Of a stretch of 64,000 nucleotides of DNA, positions 22,062-34,849 are shown one piece after another. Made by a program: the position numbers and the translations under genes. Below the pieces are notes generated by a model, which worked only from the letters and a program-made list of their open reading frames with translations, was not told where the DNA came from and did not search any database. Position 1 is the stretch's first letter; every line of letters starts with the position of its first letter. Source of the DNA: Squalus acanthias (Eukaryota); contig CM059432.1 of the NCBI GenBank assembly GCA_030390025.1, positions 90,522,001-90,586,000 on the forward strand, in the 5' to 3' direction.

Positions 22062-24774
22062 AAGGTCTTTTGCGAAAGGTAAGAAACTCTCAAACCGTCA
22101 CAGAATGAAGGGAACACCCTTCTGGACTTTATTTCATGTGGATGCAAAAATTGCATTAGAAAGGGAGCGCTAAAGACAGAAAGACAAAGCCGATACACTG
22201 TTTCTTTCATGGCTGTTGTGACTGTGGCAGTTGAGACCTTGGGCTCCAACTTACAAGGATCTGATGCTGCTTAATTTGACAAGCTGGAGGATCAGCTCAA
22301 GTGAACTATGTTGGCAGGCTTCACACTCATCAATGGGACCCTTCGGTCTTCTCTCATACAGATTGTTGGTAATCCTGCAGGGGTTCCCATCATTTGGACA
22401 AGGATGAAGAAGGGACAAATGAGGCAGCTTTCTGTCAGGGTGACTGCACATTCATCCAACCCAGTCTTCCCTCTCAAAGGATTGAAAAAGTGCCAGTTAG
22501 AAGGCAGGCACTGGCAGCCACTGCCTTTTCAAATGTCACTTCATCTACAGGAGAGCCATTTTATGATCTTGTACACAGATGTATGTGTTACTTCTGTCCT
22601 TTGAGACCCACTCCAGCCACACAATCCTGTTTAGACTGGGTGCTGAAGGGGATGTTGAATTATTTTGAAAAAAACAATTGGTAGCCATTGATGCCCAGGG
22701 CTTTCCAGGCTGCCATCACCCCCATAGCATCAATTCTCTCCTTGTCCTGTACTCTTTCCACCCCCCGGGCCCAACACAAAGAAAGCACCTGCCGCAAAAT
22801 GGGCAACCAACAGCCCTTCATTGGCTGTTATCGCCCAACAATGCATCCGGAAAAATGATCCCACGACGCCAGTTAATTGTGCAAATGGGCTGACTTTATT
22901 TTGTCCGATCAAGTCAACTCATTTGTGCACAGGTGCACATAGTGCCTGTGCAGCATGATAGTGGGGTACATGGGCCTAGTTCTCGGCCCTATATGAAATG
23001 GATTAACAACTTCACCTGTGTGAAAGTGAAAATCAGTGCACAATAATCCAAGTTTTAAAACAAAACACAGCTATTTGGAGATGTTGAGATAAACATTTAG
23101 TTGGCTCGAGTATATGATCACAGAGCAGTTCTGTCTATTACATCAGGTTCTCAACATTCTGGTGAGTGTGAAATACAACTTTTTTCAAGATGATCTCCCT
23201 GTACAGTAAAAGTATCTTGAAAACACTATTTATAACACTTAATCAGTTTGATGATAACAATTTGTAAAGTAATTGGTTTACATTAATAAAGCTCTGTTTC
23301 TATATTCTTTAGATGCATTTGAAATACATAACTTATTCTCACTCTCTTGTCTGCAGTAATCCTCCTGAATTTATAGTGCATGTGTAGTTCAAAGTATTTA
23401 ATGGAACAATGCTGTTCAGGTCTCCACAGATGAGCTGTCATCATGCAGCTCTGCTGAATCTGCTCCTTGATCTGTCAGTATCTCAGAGGAGGACAGTGAC
23501 CACCAACATTCGAGGATGTTAAATTCTTGAGCTAGGAAAAACCAGTGCCCACCAGGGAACTGAGTCCATAATATACTATTGAATGATGGGAAGAGCTTTG
23601 CTTGTTGCTGGATCCTCCTGAGGGCTTCACCAGTTTACACAATGGAAGCTGTACGTTCACAACAGCAAACCAAGGTATGTGAGCCATATAACAATGATGT
23701 TAGTCCTACACTCACCACTAATCTACAGTCAACTAAAGAAAGGCATGCAGATACTTAATTAAGCTGTTGAATAGTTCTGTGTCACTGCACTCTTGAAACA
23801 TCTAGATGCATAGTAACATTTATAATATGTAATTGGATTGGTTTACAAGTCCTTCTGCTGAACACAGTGGTGTAAAACCAGCAACTTACCTCCACTCTAC
23901 CTCATTGCAATTCAGATCGTTCTCAAGTCCTTTGATGTTTCTTTCATGCGGGCAAAGGAGTTCTGGGACAAGCTCCCCAGTGATTACAATAGCACCACCT
24001 TCTGGTGTGCATCCTCTAAAGGATTCTTCTTGTGCTGTACTCTTCTGAAATTTGACAGTTACTTTGTTTGTTAGATGAACAAAGCAGAGAGATCATTTTA
24101 ACACACAAGTTATTAAAATATATACATTGATACAACAGTATTACTTATTTCAACGTGCGAATGTAACATTGCAGATATTGCGCAGACTGACTATATATTT
24201 TTTCAATTGATATTTATTCTTTTGCATTTAATATTTCAGTTTGTAGTGTAGATAACTGCATTACTTTGTATGTCAGTTTTAAAGTCAGACAGTCAGCATA
24301 GCCAGGCTGGTGATAGATGCCACAAGTTATTGTCATGATGCTCTCTCCTCATCCTTGTTTTTCCTTTTGAGTCTTTCCATATTGTATCACTGTCTCAATT
24401 TTGACCTTCCTTCTGGTCCCTTTTCACGTTGGACCCATTGCAGCGTACTTATCTTTTTGCCACAACAATATTGCAGATCTTCTTATGTAGCAAATGGTCA
24501 ACACAACCTCAGTACTGGCCAAAACAGGTGTTTTTAATCAGTTATTGACTCCAATGACAATGTAAATGTTCCCGCATGATAGAGAGACCTTGATGCCATC
24601 AGCTGAAACATTTCCAGTATTTCGGCTGATACTCTAATCCTTGCTGAAAATGTTTGAATTGAGAGCACACCACATAGTGAGTTGGTAATAGAGTGAGGTA
24701 GGAATCAAGTGAAAAACAATAATTCCAGAACAAGAATTTGACTAAGATTGGGAATTTATAGCAGAAGGAATAGT

Positions 24775-24910
24775 GTAATATTCTTGGACCTCATGGACTG
24801 CAACAGTTCAGGAAGAAGGCTCACCACCACCTTCTCAAGGGCAACTAAGGATGGAATGTAAATGCTGGCTTGGCTAGCGATGTCCCTATCCAAAGAATGA
24901 ATTTTTAAAA
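24775..24910 (+). mobile_element. 3' end of the non-LTR family seen at 55920-56585
   Basis: GGACTGCAACAGTTCAGGAAGAAGGCTCACCACCACCTTCTCAAGGGCAACTAAGGATGG is the reverse complement of 55970-56035. Confidence 0.75.
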
Positions 24911-24964
24911 AGTAGTTTAATTTTAATTTAAGTAGCTAAGAATATAAACTTATCTAATATTTAT

Positions 24965-26406
24965 ACTAAGAATGGTAGCGCAGGAAATGGCAGTGACATA
25001 TGGTTCTTACAGGATGCGGGAGTTTAGAGTCACAAATATTAATTCGGACAAAAAGCGTAGATTACTTGAGCTCAAGATCTCAGAACTTGAGATAGGGTTG
25101 GAGACAATCTGACACATCAGGATCTGACACATCAGGTTTCTGGAGAAAGAGTTTCGGAGGATGGTCACCCGACTGAGAGATAGGAAGCTGGCATTGGTAG
25201 GCAGAGGAGGAGTGACTATCCACAGGTCAGGGAAAGTGAGGAGGGACAGTATGAGGAAAAAAGAAGAGGTTAAGGAATAGATAAGGAAAGCAAGGAGGGA
25301 ATATGAGGAGGAAACTCATAAAATATTAAAAAGAACCATGAAAGTATTCTTTATATTAGTAAACAGAGAATTGTCAAAAGGTGAGGTGGGACTCCTGAGA
25401 GAAGAGGATCATGAGTTGGTAGAGAATAAACAGAAATTGGCGGGGATACTTAGTAAGTACTTCACTTCAGTATTTACAAAAGAGGAGGTAAATCCTGAAA
25501 TGGTTAAAAGGAAGATGAGAGTTATTCGAATAAATAATAAGGAAAGTATTAGAGGCATCAGTAAAGTTATCGGAGGACAAGGACCTGATGGAATACTTCC
25601 AGGGATCCTGAAGGAAATGGAGAAGAAAGAGCAGATGCCCTAGAAAGTATATTTCAAGGTTCTACTGAAGTCTGATGAGTGGCCAATGTAATACCTATTT
25701 TCAAAAAGAGAGACACAGCTAACCCAGTTAATTCCAAGCCAATTACTTTAATATCTGTTCTTTGAGTTGGTGACGTAGGTTGTGGATAGAGGAAATGCAG
25801 TGGATGCGGTGTACATGAAATTTCAGAAAACCTTTGACCAAGGTACCGCACAGGAGACTATTGGAGACGATTAAGGGGTATGGAATTTGGGGGTGGGTAG
25901 CAAACTGAATTAAAAACTAGTTACAAGGGAGGAAACAGCGTGGGAGTTAGGGGCAGTGTTTCAGAATGGTTAGCAGTGTCCCACAGGATTCTGTACTGAG
26001 ACCACTTCCGTTCACTGTACACCTCAATGATTTGAATATAAGGCTAGAGGGAGTTGTGTCCAAATTTGCAGACGATACTAAAATAGACGGTATAGTAAAT
26101 GATTCGGAGGACCAAAGGAAGCTGCAATGGGATATTGATAAGATGGTGGAATGGGCAAAAAAAGTGGCAGATGGAATTCAGTGTCAGCTTATGTGAGGTG
26201 GTACATTTTGGATAAAAAATGTAATAATTATACTTGGGGGGGAATCTAGGTGATGTGGAAGAGCAGAGGGATTTGCGGAGTAAAGTTCATAAGACATTAA
26301 AAGCAGCATCTCAAATGGATTAGGCATAAAAAAGCTAATGGTGTTATGGCAAGAGGTATGGAATATAAAAGTTGAGATGTAATGGTGAATCTATATAAAA
26401 CCTTAC
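24965..26406 (+). mobile_element. Old, internally deleted CR1 LINE
   Basis: LSKYFTSVFTKE, QGPDGILPGILKE, SSVPQDSVLRPL, SKFADDTKI. Many stop codons. Confidence 0.85.
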
Positions 26407-27096
26407 GGTAGATTTTAACCCCCAGCGGATTTTGGGTGGGTGGAGGGTGCGAGGCGCGGGGTGTGAGGGAAATGCAAATTGCACTTGCAAGCCTAAATTT
26501 GAGGCCTTGGGTATTTTAATTTCTGGGCCCCACCTGCAAACTGCCGGTTAATTGCCTGCACAAAATGGAAGAAATAAGCCAGCTGGCTAGCAGGTGGGAG
26601 TGGAAGTTTGGGCGGCTGGCACCAGAGGAAGGATCGCTGGCAAGCTGCTAAGTTGTGGGGATGGGTTTTGCAAGCGTCTCGAGGAGGATGGGGTGGTGGG
26701 GGGAAGAAATGTCTGATGCAGGGGAGGCCATGACTTTCCTTGTTGTGTCTGGAGGCGCATTCATGCTGTCTTGTGTGTGCCTTTGCCTATCCTACTGATG
26801 TCACACAGTGCTACCCCAGTGGCTGCAGCATGGCTGATGGAAGGCTGCTGACTTTCAGTGGGGGGCACTGCAAATGGCCTTGCTGGTCGACCTTGAGGAG
26901 CTGGTGGCTGGGAGTGTGAAATCGAGTGACGGTGTTTCTTCTTCACTCTCTGGCCCCACCATGGAAAGTTTTTTGCTTACCTTGAAGAGCCTCTTTTATG
27001 GGGCATCCACCTGATTTAAAACAGTGTCATTAAAATCATAAATTTGGGGCCACTCTATGGCTTAGCCCAAGTAGATCCGACATCTATCCTGGACTC
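26407..27096 (+). mobile_element. Harbinger-type MITE fragment containing a 185-bp insert
   Basis: Begins GGTAGATTTTAACCCCC, similar to the 19463 family end. Right end not found. Confidence 0.5.
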
Positions 27097-27099
27097 AAG

Positions 27100-29545
27100 G
27101 GCCTAGAAATTTGTGACCACCACAAAAGTTGCTGGTGCCACTGTGGCTGGATGTTAACGGCCGCTGAAAATGGTGGTGTTGGCAGGACAGAAAGATTGGT
27201 GCTGGGGTCTAATTAACATTAGCCCAGTGCTTAACTCGCAGTGCAATGCCGTCCTGGTGACGTTCGTCTCGGCAGCAGGCCCCAATGTAGCGTGGCCGAA
27301 GCGTAGTTGTAGCTAGGACGGCCTCTCTGAAAGCGAGGCTGCCATTTCAGAAAGCATTGTCAGTTTCTTAAAGGGGCAATGCCTTCACAGAATCACCACA
27401 GTGCAGATAGAGGCCATTTCAGCCCATCGAGCCTGCACCGACACATATCCCCACCCTATCCCCGTAGCCCCACGTATTTAATCCCCCCCCTAACACTAAG
27501 GGTCAATTTATCATAGCCAAATCAACCTAACCCGCACATCTTTGGACTGTGGGAGGAAACCGGAGCACCCGGAGGAAACCCACGCAGACACGGGGAGAAT
27601 GTGCAAACTCCACACAGACAGTTACCCGAGGCCGGATTCGAACCCGGGTCCCTGGCACTGTGAGGTAACAGTGCTAACCACTATGCCACCGTGTTGCCTT
27701 CTGAAATGAAAAAAATTAAAATGATGTAAAAATATGCAGTTTTTAGCCCTTATAGCTCAACTGCCTTCTGAAGAAAAAAATTAACATTAAAAAGAATTCC
27801 CAAATGGGAATCTTAAGCTCGTAAAGCTAAATTACCTTCCGCACCTTAAAAAAAAAGGAAAATTGCTTCAGCACTAACAGAAATGGCTCATCAAGCTACG
27901 GAAGGGGCACCCAGGGTCTCGCATGCAGCACGCCAGCTTTGTGCAGGGGGTTAACACTGCAAGAGAGGTCCCCTACCCATAGGGGCCAGGAGGCTCTCCA
28001 GAAAGAAGCATGTGGGACCAGATTACCAAAGTCGTCACTGCCAGCAGTGTTGCCCCCATGACCTGGCTCCAGTGCCCAAATAAGCTTCATGAATATTCCA
28101 AGGTCAGTGAATGCATCCTCAAAAGCCGTCTCCTACCAACTGCACCACTAGCCTCCCACACTTCTTAATCCACGACTCCTCCCCCCCGCCATTCCAATCA
28201 CTCACCTATCAACAATCTGTACCAAACACGAGGAACACCTCCCATTCCTAGCTTCACCTCACCCCCTTGGAGGAAACGGTGCTGGCCATTCTTGGCAGGG
28301 GCATGGCTGAGCCTTTGGCCAGCACCAGGGCTGAAAGGATACAAGATGCTGGTATCCTCATGCGTTATTCTCCTTCTCGCATGCACCTCTTGCTTTCCCG
28401 CATTCCCCTCACCACAACTCCAACCTTGTGCCTTCCTCATTTCATACACCCAAGAAATGCAGCCTGCCCAACCAGTGGATGACCAAGAAGAGGGAGAGGA
28501 GAGTGAAGAAGAAACACTGTCACTCGATTTCACACTCCCAGCCACCAGCTCCTCAAGGTCGACCAGCAAGGCCATTTGCAGTGCCCCCCACTGAAAGTTA
28601 GCAGCCTTCCATCAGCCATGCTGCAGCCACTGGGGTAGCACTGTGTGACATCAGTAGGATGGGCAAAGACACACACAAGACAGTCACTAAGGGAATGCAT
28701 AAGGATGATGAGTTTATTTCTTGATGTCATTTTGGATGGATAGATGTATAAAGTTGGATTGGAAAGTTTGCTTTGTGGTGGCTTTTATTTCAGCATTGTG
28801 GCCAAGAGGATGCTGTGATGGTCAATAACAGAGGGAAGGTAAGGTGTAGGACAAATGTTGAAAGGGGAATTGGGTTGTGGTCACTGGTACCGCAGGCAGA
28901 TGATTCCATCCTGGATATCCCGGCCAGAAAGGGGCTGTCTGGGTTGCATCCTTCTTACTGCTTCCTCCTCTTCTGCGTCTTCCTCTTCCGTCTGCGAGCG
29001 GATGCTGTAAATCTGAAATAAAAGCATAAAATGCTGGAAATACTCAGCAAGTCAGGAAGCATCTCGACCTGACACATGAACTCTGTTTCTCTCTCCACAG
29101 ATGCTGCCTGACCTGTTAAGTATTTCCAGCATTTTCTGTCTTCGCAGAGGCCTTCCTTTACCATCTGAGGCCTTGCAAGCGTCCACCTGCACTTCCTGCA
29201 CACTTTAAAAACATTTAACATGTATTGCACCAAGCCACTACTTCAATAAAAAAAAAAATCCAGTCTTAAAGTTTAAATGCAAACTTACCTGCAAGATATG
29301 TGTGTTCCTTTAAGAGTTGCTGACCGCGTCTCTGTCTGTCTGCTTACCGCTCGATTTTCAGAGCGAGCTTAAGACCCAGCGCTGAACTCAGCGGTAAGGT
29401 TGAAGTTTGCTCAGGCGACGGTAAGTCGGCATTGCACTCCGACTGACGTCACCCTCTCTCCATTTACATTTTCAGAGCCAGCGCTACCGATGGCAGCGCT
29501 AACGCCCTTATCAAAATGGCGGCTGCCAAGTCCCACGCTAATGGG
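27100..29545 (-). mobile_element. Composite deleted Harbinger element, copy B (inverted relative to copy A)
   Basis: TIR GGCCTAGAAATT preceded by AAG. Colinear reverse complement of 19850-21905, including the Penelope-like hairpin at about 28998-29142. Confidence 0.85.
27387..27694 (-). mobile_element. HE1-type V-SINE (tRNA head, V domain, CR1-like 3' tail)
   Basis: On -: GGTGGCATAGTGGTTAGCACTG, GGTTCGAATCC, TGTGTGGAGTTTGCACATTCTCCCCGTGTCTGCGTGGGTTTCCTCCGGGTGCTCCGGTTTCCTCCCACA. 7-bp TSD TGCCTTC; the empty site is present in copy A. Confidence 0.92.
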
Positions 29546-29551
29546 AATGGT

Positions 29552-29637
29552 AGCGTAATGGTTATGTTACTGGACTAGTAATGCAGAGGCCTGGACTAAT
29601 GATCCAGAGACATGAGTTCAAATCCCACTATGGCAGC
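29552..29637 (+). mobile_element. tRNA-derived SINE 5' fragment
   Basis: TAGCGTAATGGTTATGTTACTGGACTAGTAAT...GAGTTCAAATCCCAC. Same head as the SINE at 31410-31783. Confidence 0.7.
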
Positions 29638-30029
29638 CCTTCATCCAGTTTTAGCCCTTGCTTTTCTTTCCTCTCTGCTCCACTGCTGCTTGAGATGTTG
29701 GGAAGGTTGCTCCTACTGACGAGCAGTATGGTCAAATGGAGTTTTGCAGTATAGCCTCCTTATTATTAGAGGCCTGAACCCATAGATCTTTGGCAAGCTG
29801 CCCCATCAGTAAGTTTAGTTGCACTGCCTTTTTGTAACTTGATAAATGTGTTTTAATATTCCTGGGGCCCACAATAGACCACAAGACATGGACTATGGGA
29901 TCTGCAAGAGGTAGCAGCCCCACCTTCTTGCTTTTTCTTCTTTCTATCAACACTAAGAACAATAGGAAAGAACAATCTAAAGTTTCAGAATATACCTTTA
30001 TGAGGTACGAAAACAATACTCATGATATC

Positions 30030-30445
30030 TCGTGTTTTCTCTCCTTATTTGTTTGATCTGCACTCTGCAATAAGTTTGGCAGATATTTGAACCTCAGTTC
30101 TGTCCATTTTATCCCCGATCAACTTCTCTAGAACATTTTAACTTTTTGTCCAGCAAAATAAAAACCACAACATGAACTTCTCCCCTCGCCCCTGCTGAAA
30201 TAACCATTGTTGGTGACTTCATTGTTCGCCATCACACCAGCAGTGTTCTCTTCTTCCATTGAGCAGGCTGATACTATTCTTTTGCTATCCTAAATGACAT
30301 TTAACAACTTGTCAGTCAACCTACTCTTATTGTTGATTGTCCTTAATTCAGCTAATCTAGAGCTTTCCCTTAGCTTCAATCCTAAATCTTAGACTGAATC
30401 TGTCTCCTTACCAATGGTCTCTTCTGACCATTTCTGATATTTGCC
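30030..30445 (+). mobile_element. Highly decayed LINE endonuclease fragment (L2/CR1 group)
   Basis: Spaced motifs IVGDF, QLVSQPT and SDHFLI. Confidence 0.45.
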
Positions 30446-30894
30446 TCATGCATGATATCCTGCAACAGATTATACACTATAACCCAATCCTGTTTTTTAG
30501 GCACTATAGGGCTGATTTTGCGAATGTGCTTTCCTGGCAGGGAGCCTTGCCCACTGAAGCATACGTCAGGAACTCTCGTGCATGTTCACAACTATTTTTC
30601 AGCCATTAAAATTAATGAAGAACACAATTTTGTAAGATTGATTTTATAAATGATCAAACTAGCATTATTTTTGAGATTTCTTTGCTGTATTTTCCTGGCC
30701 TAATTGCTGCTTTCATTATTCTAAACTTTCTATCTGTGCCAAGGAGATAACTAATAATACTCTAGCATCTTGCTTTAATCATGCCTGCCATTCTGTTGCC
30801 TCTTGTAAAATGATTCCCTATGCCCCCCAGCATTTTGATCAGTCTGAAGCATTCCCAGCCAAATTTATCTCCTGTTGTAACTTTTATAAACATT

Positions 30895-31961
30895 GGGCTG
30901 GAATTTGCGGTGGGTAATAATGGCGAACTAACAGCGTTTGCCGTTATTACCCCTCTGAAACTGACCGCAACTTCAGCATGTAACGCATGCGCATCTAAAC
31001 ACAGAAATCCTGAAGTTGTGGTCGGTCATTCACTGCTCCGACACTGGCTGTGCTGTGGCCCCCGCCACAGCCGGAAATCAGTGAAATTGGCGAAAACTTG
31101 GGCTTTTGCACACTAATATCACTGTTAAATACCCCATTAAATGTTGGATTAGGTGTAACTGGGGTTTTACCAGCTTATTTATTGCTAAAAAACGTTATGA
31201 AAAACTAATTTTAGTTTTGTGGAGTGTCATATTTCTCCATTATGATAAAATTACAATTTTTAAGAAACTTTGAAATTTTTTTTTAAAGTTTGTTTGTGAT
31301 ATTTCAAGTTTTACCTTATCCCCAATCTTTGTTTTGCTCTCTTTAACGTTTTTTAAAAAGTCCAGATAAAAGAAGCTTCTCAGTTCCTGGTTCCGTGTCT
31401 GTGTGAATTTTTTAAAATTTATTCCTGGGTCGTGGGCGTCACTGGCAAGCCCATTCCCTAATTGCCCTTGAGAAAGTGGTGGTGAGACGCCGTTTTGAAC
31501 CGCTGCAGTCTGTGTATTGCTTTTCGTAGCGGTTTGGTACAACCGAGTGGCTTGCTAGGCCATTTCAGAGGGCAGTTATGAGTCACATAGGTCAGGCAAG
31601 GACAGCAGATTTCCTTCCCTAAAAGACATAAGTGAACCAGATGGGTTTTTACAACAATTCAATAGATTCATGGTAGCTTTTTATTCCACATTTGTTTAAT
31701 TAACTGAATTTAAATTCCCCAGCTGCTCATGGTGGGATTTGAATTACTAGTCCAGTAACATAACCACTATGCTACCGTACCCGCTAATGTGATTGGCTAC
31801 TTAGACAGCTTGTTGATGTCACAGTAGATCGCACTAGGAAATTCCCACTACACTGTGCTGAAATCACTTGAACGTCGAAAATGGCAAACTTCCTGTGGGC
31901 AGCTTTTTTCGGGGCCATTGGTGAATGCCTTTGCTTCGCCGCTGACCGCAAATTCCAGGCC
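30895..31961. mobile_element. Harbinger-type MITE containing a SINE
   Basis: TIRs GGGCTGGAATTTGCGGT / ACCGCAAATTCCAGGCC with flanks ATT/ATA. Confidence 0.8.
31410..31783 (-). mobile_element. tRNA-derived SINE sharing its 3' tail with the LINE at 55920-56585
   Basis: Head GGTACGGTAGCATAGTGGTTATGTTACTGGACTAG on -. Tail CCCTAATTGCCCTTGAGAAAGTGGTGGTGAG matches 55978-56030. Confidence 0.8.
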
Positions 31962-32089
31962 ATAATATTGGAGCGTTAAGCATAAATTTGTTAACAAAAT
32001 GCAACTGCTATGTTACTGCTGCTCCTTGTCCCATGCCAAATTTGTCTCTGCTAATTTTTGTGAATCTTCCTTTCTGTCCTCATCCTACA

Positions 32090-34815
32090 GTTATAGAATC
32101 ATAGAAGGATTATAGAAGCACAGAAGACTATTCGGCCCACAGTGACTGTGCTGGCTCTTTGAAAGAGCTATCCAATTAGTCCCACTCTTCTGGTCTTTTC
32201 CCATAGCCCTGCAAATTTTTCCTTTTCAAGTATATATCCAATTCCCTTTTGAAAGTTACTCTTGAATTTGCTTCCACCACCTTTTCAGGTAGTGCATTCC
32301 AGATCATAACAGCTCATTGCGTAAAAAGAATTCTCATTTCCCCCCTAGATTTTTTGCCAATTATCTTAAATATGTGTCTTCAGGTTCCCGGCCCTCTTGC
32401 TGTTGGAAACAGTTTCACCCCATCTACTCTATCATAGAATCATAGAATGGTGACAGCACGGAAGGAGGCCATTCAGCCCATCGAGCCCGTGCCGGCTCTC
32501 TGCAAGAGCACTTCAGCTAGTCCCACTCCCCCGCCCTTTCCCCGTAGCCCTGCAAATTTCTTTCCTTTAGATACTTATCCAACTCCCTTTTGAAAGCCGT
32601 GATTGAATCTGCCTCCACCGCCCTTTCAGGCAGTGCATTCCAGATCCTAACCACTCGCTGAGTAAAAAGGTTTTTTCTTACGTTGCCTTTGGTTCTTTTG
32701 CCAATCACCTTAAATCTGTGTCTTCTGGTTCTCGACCCTTCTGCCAATGGGAACAGTTTCCCTCTATCTACTCTGTCCAAACTCCCCATGATTTTGAACA
32801 CCTCTATCAAATCTCCTGTCAATCTTCACTGCTCCAAGGAGAACAACTCCAGCTTCTCCAGTCTATCAACGTAACCGAAGTCCCTCATTCCTGAAATCAT
32901 TCTCGTAAATCTTTTCTGCACCCTTTCTAAGGCTTTCACATCCTTCCTTAAAGTGTGGTGCCCAGCATTGGACACAATACTCCAGTTGGGGCCAAACCAG
33001 TGTTTTATACAGGTTTATCATAATTTCCACACTTTTGTACTCGATACCTCTATTTATGAAGCCCAGGATCCCGTAAGCCTTTTTAACTGCTTTCTCAACC
33101 TGTCCTGCCACCTTCAACAATTTGTGCACATATACCCCCAGGTCTCTCTGTTTGTGCATCTCCTTCAGGATTGTACCCTTTAGTTTATATGTCCTCTCCT
33201 CATTCTTTCTACCAAAATGTAGCACTTCACAATTTTCTGCGTTAAATTTCATCTACCACGTGTCCGCCCATTTCACCAGCCTGTCTATGTCTTCCTGAAA
33301 TCTATCACTCTCCTCCTCACTGTTCACTATACTTCCAAGTTTTGTGCTATCTGCAAATTTTGAAATCGTACCTCTGCATTTTCATTCCTTAATTCCCTCA
33401 GCATCCTAGGATGCATCCCATCTGCTCCTGGTGACTTATCTACTTTAAGTACATCCAGCCTTTCTAATACCTCCTCTTTATCAATTTTTATCCTATCAAG
33501 TATCTCCACTACCTCCTCCTTTACTATGGCAGCATCCTCTTTCTTGGTGAAGACAGATGCAAAGTATTCGTTTAGTACCTTAGCCATACCCTCTGCCTCC
33601 GTGCATAGGTCTCCTTTTTGGCCCCTAATTGGCCCCACCCCTCCTCTTATTACCCTTTTACTATTTATATGCTTATAGAAGACTTTTGGATTACCTTTTA
33701 TGTTGGCTGCCATTCTATTCTCATACCCTCTCCTTGCCCCTCTTATTTTCTTTTTCACTTCTCCTCTGACCTTTCTATATATAGCCTAATTCTTAGATGT
33801 ATTTATAACCTGACATCTGTCATACACACTCTTTTTCTGCTTCATCATATTCTCTATCTCTTTTGTCATCCAGGGAGCCCTGACTTTAGTTGTCCTGCCT
33901 TTACCCCTAGTGGGAATGTACCTCAACTGTACCAGAACTATTTCCTCTTTAAAGGCAGCCCATTGTTCCATTACAGTTTTGCTTACCAATCTTTGATTCC
34001 AGTTTACCCTGGCCAGATCCGTTCTCATCCCACTGAAATTGGCCTTCCCCCAGTTAAACATTTTTACTCTAGATTGCTCCCTTTCCTTTTCCATAGCTAA
34101 TCTAAACCTTATGATACTATGATCACTGTTCCTTAAATGTTCACCTACTGACACTTGCTCCACTTGACCTACCTCATTCCCCAGAACCAGATCCAGCAAT
34201 GCCTCCTCCCTCGTTAGGCTGGGAACATACTGATTAAGAAAGTTCTCCTGAACACACTTCAGAAATTCTTCCCCATCTCTGCCCTTAACACTATTACGAT
34301 CCCAGTCTATATTAGGATAGTTGAAGTCCCCCATTATTACTACCCTATAGTTCTTGCACCTCTCTGTAATTTCTCTGCAAATTTGCTCCTCCATATCTTT
34401 CCCACTATTTGGTGGTCTATAGAATACACCTAGTAGTGTAATGGCACCTCTATTATTTCTTCACTCTAGCCATATAGAACCTGTCCTTGACCCCTCCAGG
34501 ACATCCTCCCTCTCCAGCACTGTAACATTCTCCTTGACCAATACTGCCACACCACCTCCTATTTTTCTTTCCCTAGCTTTCCTGAACACTTTATAACCAG
34601 GAATATTTAATAGCCAATCCTTCCCTTTTTGAGCCATGTCTCAGTTATTGCCACAACATCATACTCCCATCAAAAGCCCTCATAATTTTGAACACCTCTA
34701 TCAAATCCCTTCCTTAACCTTCTCTGCTCTAAGGAGAACAATCCCAGCTTCTCAAGTTTCTCCACATAACTGAACTCTCTCATCCCTGGTACCATTGTGA
34801 TAAATCTCCTCTTGT
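32090..34815 (-). mobile_element. CR1 3' fragment (32090-32434 plus 34669-34815) split by a second CR1
   Basis: Flanks rejoin as CATCTACTCTATCA|AAAGCCCTCATAATTTTGAACACC. ATCA is present at both junctions. Confidence 0.85.
32435..34668 (-). mobile_element. CR1 LINE with endonuclease domain and an internal RT deletion near 33370
   Basis: ORF 33786-34394 contains VIMGDFNYPNIDW, PSLTREEALLDLVL and SDHSII. ORF 33327-33758 jumps from KSPGADG to the FADD region. 3' frames at 32866-33252 and 32517-32822. Confidence 0.95.
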
Positions 34816-34849
34816 TACATTTAAAATAGTACTTGCTGGTTTTTGGAAA

